DNA of 63,184 bases, the filler included, from Stramenopiles sp. TOSAG23-3 (lineage: Eukaryota): NCBI GenBank assembly GCA_900128585.1. It is 12 parts of 12 records of this genome, joined end to end, with 100 filler letters (N's around TTAATTAATTAA, not from the genome) between each part and the next. Parts side by side here need not be neighbours in the genome. Positions count along the whole stretch, not along the records: positions 42,775 to 48,772 come from LT643399.1; positions 48,873 to 54,869 come from LT643400.1; positions 54,970 to 60,964 come from LT643401.1; 9 more parts are not named here. The stretch is one strand, 5' to 3'. Shown here in pieces: positions 43,335 through 55,132 of this stretch. A model generated the notes under the pieces. It searched no databases and was not told where the DNA came from. It saw nothing but the letters and a program-made list of their open reading frames with translations. A program made the translations under genes and the position numbers. The stretch's first letter is position 1. The number at the start of each line of letters is the position of its first letter.

Positions 43335-46028
43335 ATGAAGAAATGTTTAGCAGTGGCGATTTTTGCTATTGTGGCAGCGACGAAAGCCTCCGCGGTTGGA
43401 ACTGCGTCGCGGGTGCACCTGAATGCCCTGGTGGAAGAGAACGCTAGGCTGAAGGCCTTGAACGAGCGTTTGAGGACGCAAGTGTTGAAGAAAGTAGGCG
43501 GCAGTGCAGAACGGCTTCACAAAATCGCACACGCCAGTAGCAGTTCATTTTTAGAAACGGCCGCCTCACCAGAGGCCGATGGCAAGGGCAAGAAGAAAGA
43601 GACGAAGCCGTGCCTCAAAGTAGACGACGCCCCAGGGGTCGAAGGCGCCATGAACAACTTTTGCTTGGCCCCCGAGGTGTGCAAGGAGCGCCTCCAGACG
43701 TGCAAGCGCGGCTGCGTGAACAAGTGCTGGTCCGATAAATACGCCAAGAACGGGGCCCCTCCGGGCGAAGGCGACATCGATGCCGCGAGGATGCAGACCA
43801 TCAACACGCGAGTGAAGCAAATGCTGAAACAGGTGAACATCGACACCGACTGCCGGCCGTGCGCGTCCAACGTTCAAAACAGCGTGGTCGTCTCCCGGCC
43901 CAGGCCAGCGAGCGCCAAGCGCCCGGCCGTGCAGCGCCTGCCCCCTCCCCCCAAAGGAGGGGACGCCGAGGGTGTGGCCAAGCTCGGCCTGATCGAGGTT
44001 GCAAAGTCCTCCTGAAATGCACTGCTTCAGCTAGCATCTCGGTACTCTAGTTTAGGGGTGTCTTACCCCGGGGAGCTGGTCCCCACCATCACCGAACACG
44101 GGATCGACACCCTGACCCCTATCGGTGACCGATTCGTAGACCCGGACGTCAACCGAATCGCACCAGACCCCCCTCCTTCTCCGAAACAACCGGTCGAGGA
44201 GGTCAAAAAGAAGGTGGCAGCCAGCCCTGTTGGAACGATCACGGACGCCATCGACAAAGGTGACCCCGCAGAGTTACAGGCCGCGCTGGGAAAATTAAAG
44301 GAATCCCCCCCAAGCGTAAAGGAACATTTGAAGAAAATGTTGGACGAGATCAAGTCCGTCCAGGAGGAGGAGGAGGAAAAAATAACTAGAGAAGACAAGA
44401 AAACCGAACCATCACCGGAGGAAAAGAAGAAAGACTCAAAAAAGCAAAAGGAGCCTAAAACACTGGAGGAGAAAAAGATCAAACGACCTGGGGCCAAAAG
44501 CCCACAGAAATCTTCTCCCCCCGAGGATGGTGCTAGCCGGAGCAATAAGAAAAAGAGCCCCGAAGCAGCAAAAAAGAAAAGCACAAGCGTCGATGCACCA
44601 AAACCGTTGTCGCCCGAAGCCAGGAAGGAGGCAGACGCGCAAGCAGACGCGCAGGCGGCCGAGGTGGAACCCGAGGAGGAAATGGTGACTGTTGACAACA
44701 CCTTGACGTCTGATGGCTTCAAGAAGCCAACCCCGCACTGCCCGGCGGGGTCCAACCTCCCAAAGAAGAAATCGTGGGGGGACGAGATTGCCCTGGCGAT
44801 TAGCGGCACATGCTCTGTCGTGTTTCAGCTGGACCTGCCACCGTACGAGCGCGCACCCTTCAACATGCACTTCAGTCTTTTGACCCGCGACCCGAAGGGA
44901 ACGAAGTGTGGCGGGCTGGTCATGCGCCTGCGAAAGCACTGCGGCGACTTTGGAAAGGACCCACAGGCGTGCAGGTTGCCCTTCACGGGCTTCACGCCCC
45001 CGTACATCGGGACGCACCGGGTGCGTGAAGTGAAAATGGACAGCAACCGGGCGGCGTTGGATGCCTATGGCGTCCGGAAACGGTTGGAATGGTTCGAAGA
45101 AAATTCCTACACGCGCGATGTGAAGGGAAATTCGGCGCTCATCTACAACGAGTGCGGGTGCCAGGATGGGCCAGAGTATTGGGGGACGCGCTCCAACCGG
45201 GAGGAGGCCTGGTACGTTGAAATCGTGAACGAGAACCGGAACCCGCACCAGTTTTGCGAAGTGAGCTTCGTGCCCATGGCCGTCGACATTTGCAACGGCC
45301 ATGGGCTGTGGCGAAATGGGGACGGCTGCTATTGCGACCATGGCTACGACGGGCAGTACGAAGGGCCGGCAGAAGTACCCGAGGATAGGTACGAGGCAAA
45401 CGACAACGACTTTGTGGGCGCGGATGGCCAGAACGAGGTGGGAAGCCACACGCTGAAGGACATCAAGACACACTTGAGCAAGCGCACGGGAAATTTCCCC
45501 ATCGAGGCAGCGCCCGGGCAGGTCAGCGGCGAAGCCGGGTCGCAGAATAGCCACAACCTGGGTTGTAGAATAGTTACCCCACTCGTGGACGAATTTGTAG
45601 ACCATAGGCAGTCCCTTGCCGCAGCGCGCGCGGGAGTCGATCGGCCGTCTTCCCCGGCGGTTGGCCGGAACGTCTCTGATGTCACGGACGACTGCTCTGG
45701 GGTTGTGACAAAAAACACTCTGTTGAAAATGACGAACGAGCAAGTTATTGCATGCACCGGTCGCTCTCGCTCGGAGATGATATCAGGCCTCACTGTCTCG
45801 ACGGAGGAAACGAACAAGGCCGCCGACGCTGCTCGGAAGAAGCGCAGCGCGTACTTGCTGTCACAGCGCCCACGCGACGGGTGGGGCGTTGTCCATTCCC
45901 CCCGCGAGTACGTTGGTAACTCCGCGGTGCAGTCAATAAAAAATGACGAGGACAGAGAACGGAACTCTGAGCACGAAGAGGAAGAAGAGAAAGAGCGTGC
46001 AAGAAAGCAAATTAGCTTGCCAAAGTAG
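43335..46028 (+). CDS. Secreted Cys-rich/EGF-like protein; single reading frame interrupted by one in-frame TGA (44013-44015)
   Basis: ORFs 43335-44015 and 44058-46028 are in the same frame with no other stop (AKSS*NALLQLASRYSSLGVSYPG). Signal peptide present, plus EGF-like CNGHG...CYCDHGYDG. Confidence 0.65.
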
Positions 46029-46562
46029 TGTGTAAATGTATAAAATGTAAGAAAAGCCACAATCGAAATTGTAATATAAAAAACTTTAAAATTGCTAAAA
46101 AACTTGAGTTAGTAAAATAATATTTATGTCGTTGTTGAAAATCAAACACATCAAAGTTAGACTATACACTTGTATATAGTTATATCAATTAGATGTTTCC
46201 TATTTAATTATTTTTAATGAACGGTGAGGGGAAGAGGCAACAAAAGAAGGCAAATTATTATTAAAAAAAAGAAGAAAAAAAGAAGAAAAAAANNNNNNNN
46301 NNNNNNNNNNNNNNNNNNNNNNNNNNNNNNNNNNNNNNNNNNNNNNNNNNNNNNNNNNNNNNNNNNNNNNNNAAAAATAATGGATTTTTTTGTATGAATA
46401 TAGTATATATTGAATTTTGTTAGATGTAACAAAAGAAGGAAGGAATGGAAAAGATAACATGCTGTTAGCTTTTTTATTTTTGAACGAACAGTTTCGATTG
46501 CTTGCTCTCTCCCCCCCTTTCCCCATATTGTTAAACGCATTACACTTAAAACATACAGAAGA

Positions 46563-46934
46563 ATGTCGGTGGATCAAATCGCACAACAATTCGTCCAACA
46601 CTACTACCAGACGTTCAGTACGAACCGTCAAGGGTTGGTCAGTTTGTACCAACAGGATTCGATTTTGACGTTTGAAGGAGAGCAGCATGTAGGCGCGCAA
46701 GCCATTGCCTTGAAGCTGCAGCAACTTCCCTTCCAGACAGTACAGCACACGCCAATGACAATGGACGTTCAGCCAAGTATCAACCAGAGTTGCATACTTA
46801 TCTTCGTCAACGGAACGTTGAAAGTTGACAACGAAGCCAACCAACTTAAATTTAGCCAGGTATTTCAACTCGTCAGTTCCGGGGGATCAAACTTTTACGT
46901 TAAGAACGACATGTTTAGAATTAACGTCGGCTAA
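46563..46934 (+). CDS. NTF2: Nuclear transport factor 2
   Basis: IAQQFVQHYYQTF...LTFEG...DVQP...FSQVFQL...VKNDMFR. Confidence 0.95.
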   Translation: MSVDQIAQQFVQHYYQTFSTNRQGLVSLYQQDSILTFEGEQHVGAQAIALKLQQLPFQTVQHTPMTMDVQPSINQSCILIFVNGTLKVDNEANQLKFSQVFQLVSSGGSNFYVKNDMFRINVG

Positions 46935-47284
46935 GCGAACGCCAGGAAGCGCCCGTAAAGTTGCCTATCGTCCCTTTTCGTGGGCGCCGCCACGTTCCTT
47001 TGCCAGGTTGCCCCCGGAGGCGTATATATAGTTATGAATATTCCTACTATCAAACTAATGATATGAGGTACACCAGCAGTACTAAATTCTAAAAATCTAC
47101 TACGAAACACAAAAAATAGTGGTAAAAACTACAAAGTATAACCATCCTCCCATTGATTTGTGGCTTGAATTGGGGGGGGGGAAGATGATAGCAACTTAAA
47201 AAATGGTGGTACGCGTTACTTTTTTGTACTTATAAACTATTGCGCTACAGTCGATAACTCCAGATCACTTCTCAAATATATTTT

Positions 47285-48223
47285 TTACGATTTCTTGGGG
47301 GAACTCTTCTTCTTGGTGTCGTCCTTGGTCTCCTCTTTGGTTTCTTCCTTCTTTTTCTTCGACTCTCCGTCGATCTCATCGATATCTTTATACTTGATCT
47401 TGTTGTTAACAAGGTCGTGGAGTGAGATGACACTGCGCACCAAAGAGGAGAGGTAAATGATAAGGTGGGTATCGTTCGATTTAGACAAAAATGCTTGCGC
47501 AAGCTCCGTGTTGGTCAAATTCGGGATCAGGTTGAAAATATCTTGTATCTTTTTCAAAATTTGGTTGTTCTTGGGCATCGTCCCCGCTAACACTGCTTTC
47601 AAGTACGTCTGCATCTCTTCCAGCTTGCCTTTCAACACTTTCAGCCCGCTCATTTTATGTTTGATCCGGTTGGCCAGGGAGCTGGCGGAAGGGTCGTTGA
47701 TGTCCCGCAACAAATGTTCTACGCCAATGTCTTCCGGCCCGTCCGCGCCCATTTCGATAGGGACGTGCTTGAATTCCAACACGGTCTCGCGCCCTTCCAC
47801 AACTTCCTCGTGGGTGGTGTAGGCCTTGAAGGGCACCCCTTCGAAGTCCGGGCGAACGTCGATGACAATAAATACAGGGTTCGGCACATACTTCCGGAAC
47901 AGGGTCTCGATCTGCAAGTCATTCTTGCGAAGTTGGGGCCCAGTGCTATAGAAGCCGACAATCTTCTCGTTCGTGTTCACCTTGCGGAACATTCTCTCCA
48001 TATCCTCCAAGTAGTTGTGGTCCAAGTACCAAACGTCAGGGTCCTTCCGGTCCTCCTCGAACGGGACCGCGAAACTGTTGAAGCAGTCCACGGTCCCCTT
48101 ATACCGCTTACCGAGCAAGACACCGACGACGCGCTTGGAGGTGTCCCGGGCGACCCGGTTGTAGTGGTCTACACAGTTCAACAGAACGAGGGGATGAATA
48201 ATGCAGTCTTGTGGAGGAGCCAT
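47285..48223 (-). CDS. RPN8: 26S proteasome lid subunit RPN8/PSMD7
   Basis: HPLVLL..VDHYNR...RVVGVLLG...NSFAVPFEED...WYLDHNY...IGVEHLLRDI. Confidence 0.96.
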   Translation of the reverse strand: MAPPQDCIIHPLVLLNCVDHYNRVARDTSKRVVGVLLGKRYKGTVDCFNSFAVPFEEDRKDPDVWYLDHNYLEDMERMFRKVNTNEKIVGFYSTGPQLRKNDLQIETLFRKYVPNPVFIVIDVRPDFEGVPFKAYTTHEEVVEGRETVLEFKHVPIEMGADGPEDIGVEHLLRDINDPSASSLANRIKHKMSGLKVLKGKLEEMQTYLKAVLAGTMPKNNQILKKIQDIFNLIPNLTNTELAQAFLSKSNDTHLIIYLSSLVRSVISLHDLVNNKIKYKDIDEIDGESKKKKEETKEETKDDTKKKSSPKKS

Positions 48224-48735
48224 ATTCGTTTGAAAGAGAGGGGACTAGAAGTAGTAGCAGTAGAATCAAAATAAAATTCGAAGCGATCAAATCGTATTCG
48301 AATAACAAAAATTCTGAAAAGAGCAAATGGTAATGAGTCAGTGTTCCTTGATGTAGAAATTTTCTTCAATTAATAATTTTATAATGTGTTTAGTTTCCAA
48401 GCAAGTGTATCAACCGAACCGGACTATTTTTCACTAATTCTTCTATTTTTTATTATTATTATTGTGTAATAAAGAAGAAGAAAAGAAGAAGAAGATAGAT
48501 AGGAGGGCCAGCCGTGCGTGCGTGTTAGTTTTATAATAGATACTATTGTGCTGTTGTATTAATAATTATTATTTTAAAAATATTCAAGAAGCTTCATAGT
48601 AATAATATATCAATACAGTACAATAGTATAGAATCAACTTGGAATAAATAATATTTGATTGATTGATTTTTTTCATTTATATTACATTACACAGCATTGA
48701 TTGAAAATTCAAAATCTGATGAAAATAGAGTCACA

Positions 48736-48771
<36 letters not shown>

Positions 48772-48873
48772 ANNNNNNNNNNNNNNNNNNNNNNNNNNNN
48801 NNNNNNNNNNNNNNNNTTAATTAATTAANNNNNNNNNNNNNNNNNNNNNNNNNNNNNNNNNNNNNNNNNNNNA

Positions 48874-51282
48874 ACAGTTTACGGTCGTGCACAATTGCGA
48901 CCATTTTTGAATTCATCGTTTGCACAAACTAATAACTTGGAAGGCACAGTTGAATTCTTTAACTCTGACTCTGGCAGTACCCCGGGCACCACGGAAGAGC
49001 TGTCTATGCATGTCTCCATCTTCAACCTGCCGGACGGCCACAAAGCCCATTATGGGCTGGGTGTCCTTGCGCATGGAGACCCCCGTGTTGCGGATCACCG
49101 AAATGTGCAGCAGGATGAGGGGAAAGTCGACCATGGGGATGCAGTGAGGTTTAACCCGTTCGGAACAATGGTCCACGGCCGTCCCCCAAATCATCGAGCT
49201 GTTGGGGACTTAGGAAACTTGCAGCCAAATACGATCGACAAGTCCATTAACATTCATGGGACTGTGAAGCAATTGATATCTTTTCGAGCAACCTCAGACG
49301 CGAGCATATCGTTAAAAGACACTAGACGATCGATAATTGGGCGCATGTTCGTTGTTTACGAGTCTCCAGACGATGGGACACAACCCAACGGCAATGTTGG
49401 CAAACCAATGCTGTGGGGCGTCATCGGTATTGGCATGCCAGCTAGCGTCAGACCCACGGCGCAAATGGTTAACTCCGCTGTAGGAGCATCATCGTCCCCA
49501 ACGGAGACTTACAATCGATTAGTCTGTAAATTGATTTCCTCTAACGCACGAGCGTATGTCACTGGTAGGGTGGAGATAAGCCTGTTGTCTGGAGTTTCAA
49601 ATAGAAACTTGGAAATTAATGCGACGTTGCAGCACCTCAAGCCAATGGTGCCGTACCAGTTGCTGCTGTTTACTAATGGCGATGATCGTGGAGGAATGGA
49701 ACATCTAGGAAAACCACTTGTAGACGACAGCTTGTACGAAGGACAAGTCCCAGCTTGCGACGATGAAAGTCGATATTTTTACCAAGAAGCTGTTCGTAGC
49801 AAACAATTGAACGAAGAGGCAAAAGCGGTGGGCGACTTCGGCGTTTTTCAGTCTACTTCCACTGACTTGTTTTTTTCTTTGCGGCAGACGGCTGCATACA
49901 CAGGCCTCAGCAATTTCGCTGGGAAGGCTTGTGCTGTTATCGAACTAAATCCATACCCTGCATCTAACCCAGACCCTAAAATTGCTGGGTCCGGGGTGCT
50001 AGGGTACGCTAGTCAAAAGTATCGTGCTACGCCCACAGCTTCGGTATGGCAGGAGCGGCATGGAGTAAACCTGTATGATCGGCGATGTAACTTTTCAGCA
50101 AACGAGACCGGAAACGTTCCTGTGCGTATGAAAACAATTGTGGAGCGACGAGTTCTGCCTGCAGAGGATGCCGTATTTATTGCCATCGGAGTAACCCTGT
50201 TCGTCATTGCATTGGCAACTGGTATCCCCGGGTACGTGTATGTCCTTCGGAAAAAGAGACAGTTGGAGGTTGAAGGACCCAGTGGTGCCGTTACGATCGA
50301 AAAGGGACCACCGCCACCACCAGTGCCGGTGCCGCATGGACACGGCAATGGGAGCAATTATTTTGAAAACGACGGAGGGAGTGTGCATATGGTGAACCCC
50401 TTGTTCTCCGCAAAACAAAGAACTGATGGCCAAGACAAGGTCGTGGAGCTCGTTAATCTTCGAGCGGGGATGCGGCGGCGGAACGGAGATCCCCGGCCCT
50501 TGCCGAGGCACCCATCCCAAAAACACTTTGGCGCTGGTTTTAACAGCACCAAATCATTTTACAATCCTAAACGACTCGATAAGCATCGTTCGCAACGCGC
50601 TGTGAACATAAAGGCAATCCAATCGGTCAGGACAATGAAATCAATGAGGGGAAACATGGAGAAAGACCATATGGGTCGATCGTTTCTTACTCTGCCTGAT
50701 AGAAATGGTCGATTAAGGCATGTTGCGATCGGTGCACCGGTTAGACGCCGCAGGATTTTACCACCCCACCCATCGCGGAAGAATGTCCTAAGTACCCAGC
50801 CAAGCAAACCGTCGATACCCGCACCTCACCAACGAACACAAGCAAACCGAAAAAGGGCTTCAACCATAGTACAAGAAAAGAGGAAACGTATGAGCAAAGC
50901 CGAAGCCATGGTTGGATGGGATCAATTAAAGATTGGCGTTCGCTCAAGCATGACTGGGGCTTTTGTTGATTCAGACGGAGAGGAATTTCAATTTGAAGAC
51001 AGTGATTATGAATACCAGGATGACGACGATAGCGATGAAGGCAAGAATGCTTCCGGTGGCATGCAATCGACGAAAAGCTTTACGGGGGCAGCGAAAACTC
51101 TCTCTCGGATGAGCAAAGGGGCACCATCGTTGAAAGCTATCACGCGGAGACCCTCATATAAAAACAAAAGCGAGAATGCTCTTTCGGATGACAACGAACC
51201 CCTTCCAGAATTACCCGCCTGGGATAGTCACGGCACAGATAATGGGCAAAATGTTGAATTTCCTAAGCGAGTCCAGATATAG
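48874..51282 (+). CDS. Type I membrane protein with two Cu/Zn-SOD-like domains and a long basic cytoplasmic tail, 5'-partial
   Basis: FNPF...HGRP...VGDLGNL...SIIGRMFVVYESPDDG.QPNGNVG...GVIG, a second AVGDFG...GKACAV...GVLG, and TM VFIAIGVTLFVIALATGIPGYVYVL. Confidence 0.8.
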   Translation, partial: TVYGRAQLRPFLNSSFAQTNNLEGTVEFFNSDSGSTPGTTEELSMHVSIFNLPDGHKAHYGLGVLAHGDPRVADHRNVQQDEGKVDHGDAVRFNPFGTMVHGRPPNHRAVGDLGNLQPNTIDKSINIHGTVKQLISFRATSDASISLKDTRRSIIGRMFVVYESPDDGTQPNGNVGKPMLWGVIGIGMPASVRPTAQMVNSAVGASSSPTETYNRLVCKLISSNARAYVTGRVEISLLSGVSNRNLEINATLQHLKPMVPYQLLLFTNGDDRGGMEHLGKPLVDDSLYEGQVPACDDESRYFYQEAVRSKQLNEEAKAVGDFGVFQSTSTDLFFSLRQTAAYTGLSNFAGKACAVIELNPYPASNPDPKIAGSGVLGYASQKYRATPTASVWQERHGVNLYDRRCNFSANETGNVPVRMKTIVERRVLPAEDAVFIAIGVTLFVIALATGIPGYVYVLRKKRQLEVEGPSGAVTIEKGPPPPPVPVPHGHGNGSNYFENDGGSVHMVNPLFSAKQRTDGQDKVVELVNLRAGMRRRNGDPRPLPRHPSQKHFGAGFNSTKSFYNPKRLDKHRSQRAVNIKAIQSVRTMKSMRGNMEKDHMGRSFLTLPDRNGRLRHVAIGAPVRRRRILPPHPSRKNVLSTQPSKPSIPAPHQRTQANRKRASTIVQEKRKRMSKAEAMVGWDQLKIGVRSSMTGAFVDSDGEEFQFEDSDYEYQDDDDSDEGKNASGGMQSTKSFTGAAKTLSRMSKGAPSLKAITRRPSYKNKSENALSDDNEPLPELPAWDSHGTDNGQNVEFPKRVQI

Positions 51283-52610
51283 AGACCTCCAAACACCCAC
51301 TTGTGCGGTAGTGATAGCAGAGCTTTTTGTCTATGTTAAAAACAAAATAATGGCTCTTAATTTGTCCAGTGTTATCAACAACAAAATTTAAGAAGAAGCG
51401 CACAAACGAAATACAGACACTGTGGATCTTATATTTAAAAAATTGCATTAAAAAGCAAAAAAAAAGCTGGAGCTACAATGTAGTTTTTAGCCTTTCTATC
51501 TTACTCATATGAATTTAATTAATTTTCTATTTTATCAGTTACTATAGTCGCCTAATGTTATAATGTACGTTATTATATATAATAAGGTTTTTTTTTATTA
51601 TAGAAAAAGACGACACGACCTCTTTTTTATTATTATTATATATATTTATACTAGTAAACTATTATATACTGCTGTATTTTTAATAATAATTCGAGCGCTT
51701 CGTTGCCTCGCTCGTTGTATTATAGATTATAGAATGGCAATAAAATAATAAAATAATTTTCCTTGGGTATTTACTACAGTATTTACTATACAGTATTTAA
51801 TATTAAACTGTAAAAATAATACAGTAATAGAGTGTAGCAAAAAAACGTGAGAAAACCATTATATAGGAAATAGGTATTTGTATTATCTCTTAGAGATAAA
51901 GGAAAGCAACATCAAAAACTTGTTTTTCTTCTTACAATTGTAGTGTATAGTATTTTACAAGCACGAAAATAAGCATATTAGATAGGAAACTCTGTTCGAA
52001 AATAAAATCTCAACAAACTAACAGGTAATAGCATTCACAATAAGAAAATAATACTGTAAGAAGACTTTTTTTCTTCTTACTGCTGTCTGCTGTCGGATTT
52101 AAATGACTTCAATAATAATAATACAGTACGGTACTGTATAATAATAAATAAAAAAATAATAATATACAGTAATAATTTTTATTTATTTATTAGACGACTA
52201 CTCCAATACCTTGGTACCATAAAGACAATTATAACAACAGATTATTGTATCAACTACTACTAGCAAATAAAAACAACAAGACGACAAACAACTACGGTAC
52301 CAACAAAAGAAGCAACAAGAAACGAAAAAAACACTGGAAAAAAAAATGTCGCCTCTTTTTTTTCTCTCCTCCTCCTCCTCCTACTCCTCCTTCCTATCTC
52401 CGGTACGTACCGGTACGTACTATACGATTATCAAATTTTATTATTATATAATAATAATCCCAACCACAGCCCACATAAATCGGTAAAACGGTACACACTC
52501 AGAGTAGACACAGTACTGATGTAGAGGCAAATGCAAACGCAACCCACCGGATTAATAATATTAAGATTGTTGGAGGACAGCACGAACGAGTGGTGAAGCA
52601 GTTTTTAACG

Positions 52611-54203
52611 ATGATGTTGTCCCCGCACTCCTCCTCACCTCGTAGCCGTGGCCGTCCTGCGGACAGGAAAAAGAAGAGCGGTGGGAAGGTGATAGTAAAG
52701 TGCGTTGGTTGTTTGTTCGCGTGCATTCCCATCATGGTATTTGCGTTCATCTTATCATATGGCCCCCATTACTTGGAAAGCAGTTTGAAGACGGATCGAA
52801 GTGATGGCAATTTCGCCCAGCCTCCAGCGAGCCACCCACGTGGGCTGTTTAGAAGTATGATGGGCGACTTCAACAGAAAGTTTAAAGGCGCGTTCGGCCG
52901 AAGTGCCCCCCCTGCAGTAGCTAAGTCTTGGTCGTCTTTAATAGCTTCTGAGAGGAGCCAGTTTCTTATTTATGTGTACGATCTGCCAGAAAAATTTAAC
53001 AGGCAAGTCCTACGAGAAAGTTGGCGATGTGGCCATCACATGTTTGCCGCGGAAGTTGCATTTCACAAGTATCTTTTGAAAAGCAACGTACGTACGAAGG
53101 ACCCCTCCAAAGCCACTATGTTTTACATCCCCACGTATACTACGTGCAAGACTACAACGTTTGCAGGAAATGGCCCGGATCCTTGGTTTGGGCGTAACCT
53201 TATGGTGGAGGCAATATCTTGGGTGTCTTCGACGTTTCCTTACTGGAATCGAAGGCAAGGACGAGACCACATTGTTTCGGCGACGCACGACTACGGTGCA
53301 TGTTACGATTATTTGCGCAATTCGGCCCATCGGGCTGGAATCGTGAGTGAGCTGAAAAAATCAATCATACTATCAACTTTTGGAGACACTAAATCCAAAT
53401 GTTTCAATGCCGACCATCATATTACGATTCCTACTTACTTGGCTGTGCCCAGCCTCGGCATTAACTCGAAACGTATGCGAGCAGATTGGAGCAAGGCTGT
53501 TGGGCTCCAGTTACCTTTGGCAGTCGACGACCCAAGCACATTTGATGATACAAAACGAACTCAGGCATGCTTTTTTTGGGGGGCGCTGGAGTGGACCGAT
53601 GCCAACGGCCGCATTGATGAATCGTACAGTCATGGAGTACGCCAAACATTGCGGAAGTTGTATGCAGATGATCCATGGTTTGTCCTTAAGCACGTCACTA
53701 GAGATGGGGATGGAAAGATAGGACTTGATCAGTACGCAGAACATCTGAAAAGATCCGTTTTTTGTTTGGCTCCTGCTGGCTTTGCCCCATGGTCCGCCCG
53801 GATTTACGAAGCAATCCATTACGGCTGCATCCCTGTTATTATCGCCGACACAATAATTCTTCCGTTTGATGACCAACTTCCATGGAGAGAGTTTTCTGTC
53901 AAAATATCAGAAGCCGACTTGAAAGTACCAGGAAAAATGAAAGACATTCTGAAATCAATAACAGCTGTGGAAATCAAGAAAAAACAAAATATTCTGGTTA
54001 ATATAGCTCGCGTGGCTTTAATGTATCAATTTCCCAGCTACAGTGAAAATTCGGAACTTGCCCCGTTTGGCCGTGCAGAAATCGGTGGGAGTGCCTTTGA
54101 CTACATAATTCGAGGTCTAGAAATTAAAGCCGGCAAACGAAGGGTTACGAAAGAAAGTGCCAAGATTCGACAAAAGTCTAGGGTTTCTGGTGGGTGGCAG
54201 TAA
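52611..54203 (+). CDS. Exostosin-family glycosyltransferase (GT47)
   Basis: TM anchor, IYVYDLP..FN, RTKDP, PYWNR..GRDH, THDYG and SVFCLAPAG..PWS.RIYEA..YGCIPVII. Confidence 0.93.
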   Translation: MMLSPHSSSPRSRGRPADRKKKSGGKVIVKCVGCLFACIPIMVFAFILSYGPHYLESSLKTDRSDGNFAQPPASHPRGLFRSMMGDFNRKFKGAFGRSAPPAVAKSWSSLIASERSQFLIYVYDLPEKFNRQVLRESWRCGHHMFAAEVAFHKYLLKSNVRTKDPSKATMFYIPTYTTCKTTTFAGNGPDPWFGRNLMVEAISWVSSTFPYWNRRQGRDHIVSATHDYGACYDYLRNSAHRAGIVSELKKSIILSTFGDTKSKCFNADHHITIPTYLAVPSLGINSKRMRADWSKAVGLQLPLAVDDPSTFDDTKRTQACFFWGALEWTDANGRIDESYSHGVRQTLRKLYADDPWFVLKHVTRDGDGKIGLDQYAEHLKRSVFCLAPAGFAPWSARIYEAIHYGCIPVIIADTIILPFDDQLPWREFSVKISEADLKVPGKMKDILKSITAVEIKKKQNILVNIARVALMYQFPSYSENSELAPFGRAEIGGSAFDYIIRGLEIKAGKRRVTKESAKIRQKSRVSGGWQ

Positions 54204-54343
54204 ACATTTTTGTGTAAAGATTGTGAAGGGGAATGGCTCGCTCGTTTGGAGACACAATGTTGAAGGAAAATTAAAGGATAAGGACCGCTCTAAAGATTTT
54301 AAAACAGAGAGAAAAACCAAATAATAAATGCACATTTTCATTT

Positions 54344-54411
54344 TTAAAAACAAGAAAATTGGCTGTTATTTAATAAGATACTTAAATAACAGCCAATTTT
54401 CTTGTTTTTAA
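54344..54411. repeat. Perfect 30-bp inverted repeat (module A) with 8-nt loop
   Basis: TTAAAAACAAGAAAATTGGCTGTTATTTAA-TAAGATAC-TTAAATAACAGCCAATTTTCTTGTTTTTAA. Followed by B-like copies (54462-54550) and module D (54576-54589). Confidence 0.95.
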
Positions 54412-54791
54412 TAAAAATATGGCATGTTGTATATTATATTTAATCTTAACGCATAATAAAATGAGAGTCTTAAAAGCATACTATTATATATTTATTTATT
54501 TTTAATCTCTTAAAAGCATATACTAACTACTATATAATTTGTTTTTTTTTAATTTTTAGTAAAATCTCGGGAGCAGAGATAAGTTCGCAGTATATGAAGA
54601 CGATAAATTTCATAAATAGACAAACTGAAAATTGGTTTTTTTTCTTCTTCTTCTTTTAAAACAAAAAACTGGTGTTATTGTATCCCAATTCACAAATGAC
54701 AATCTCTTGACCGATTTACAAGGCAGACAACGAGCACCTCTAAAACATTTACGCCGCTGCTTTGAAAATCACACAAGGAATGAGTCATCTA

Positions 54792-54869
54792 TGAGTGAGA
54801 CACCGGACGAGGAAGTTGATTATGGGTCATTTGGAAGCATTGCTAATCCATCTACCGATTCAGATCATG
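54792..54869 (+). CDS. Possible 5' end of a gene cut by the contig end
   Basis: An ATG-initiated MSETPDEEVDYGSFG... frame is open to the contig end. Confidence 0.3.
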
Positions 54870-55132
54870 NNNNNNNNNNNNNNNNNNNNNNNNNNNNNNN
54901 NNNNNNNNNNNNNTTAATTAATTAANNNNNNNNNNNNNNNNNNNNNNNNNNNNNNNNNNNNNNNNNNNNCATGTAAAATATAATAAAAGATTGATATAGT
55001 TCTGAATTAGCGTTTATTATTTATTTTATATAGAACGCTCACTTCAGATTAAGATTTCATAGTTAGTTCACTACAGTCAATGTCCTTGAAAAAATTTGGA
55101 GGATCCTTCTTGCTTCTTCTGGAACATCAATA

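Noticed and set aside
44013-44015. Genome-wide UGA reassignment or selenoprotein
   Set aside because: TGA terminates conserved genes in this window (for example SCO1 and RAD51C), Trp uses TGG, and there is no redox motif or visible SECIS.
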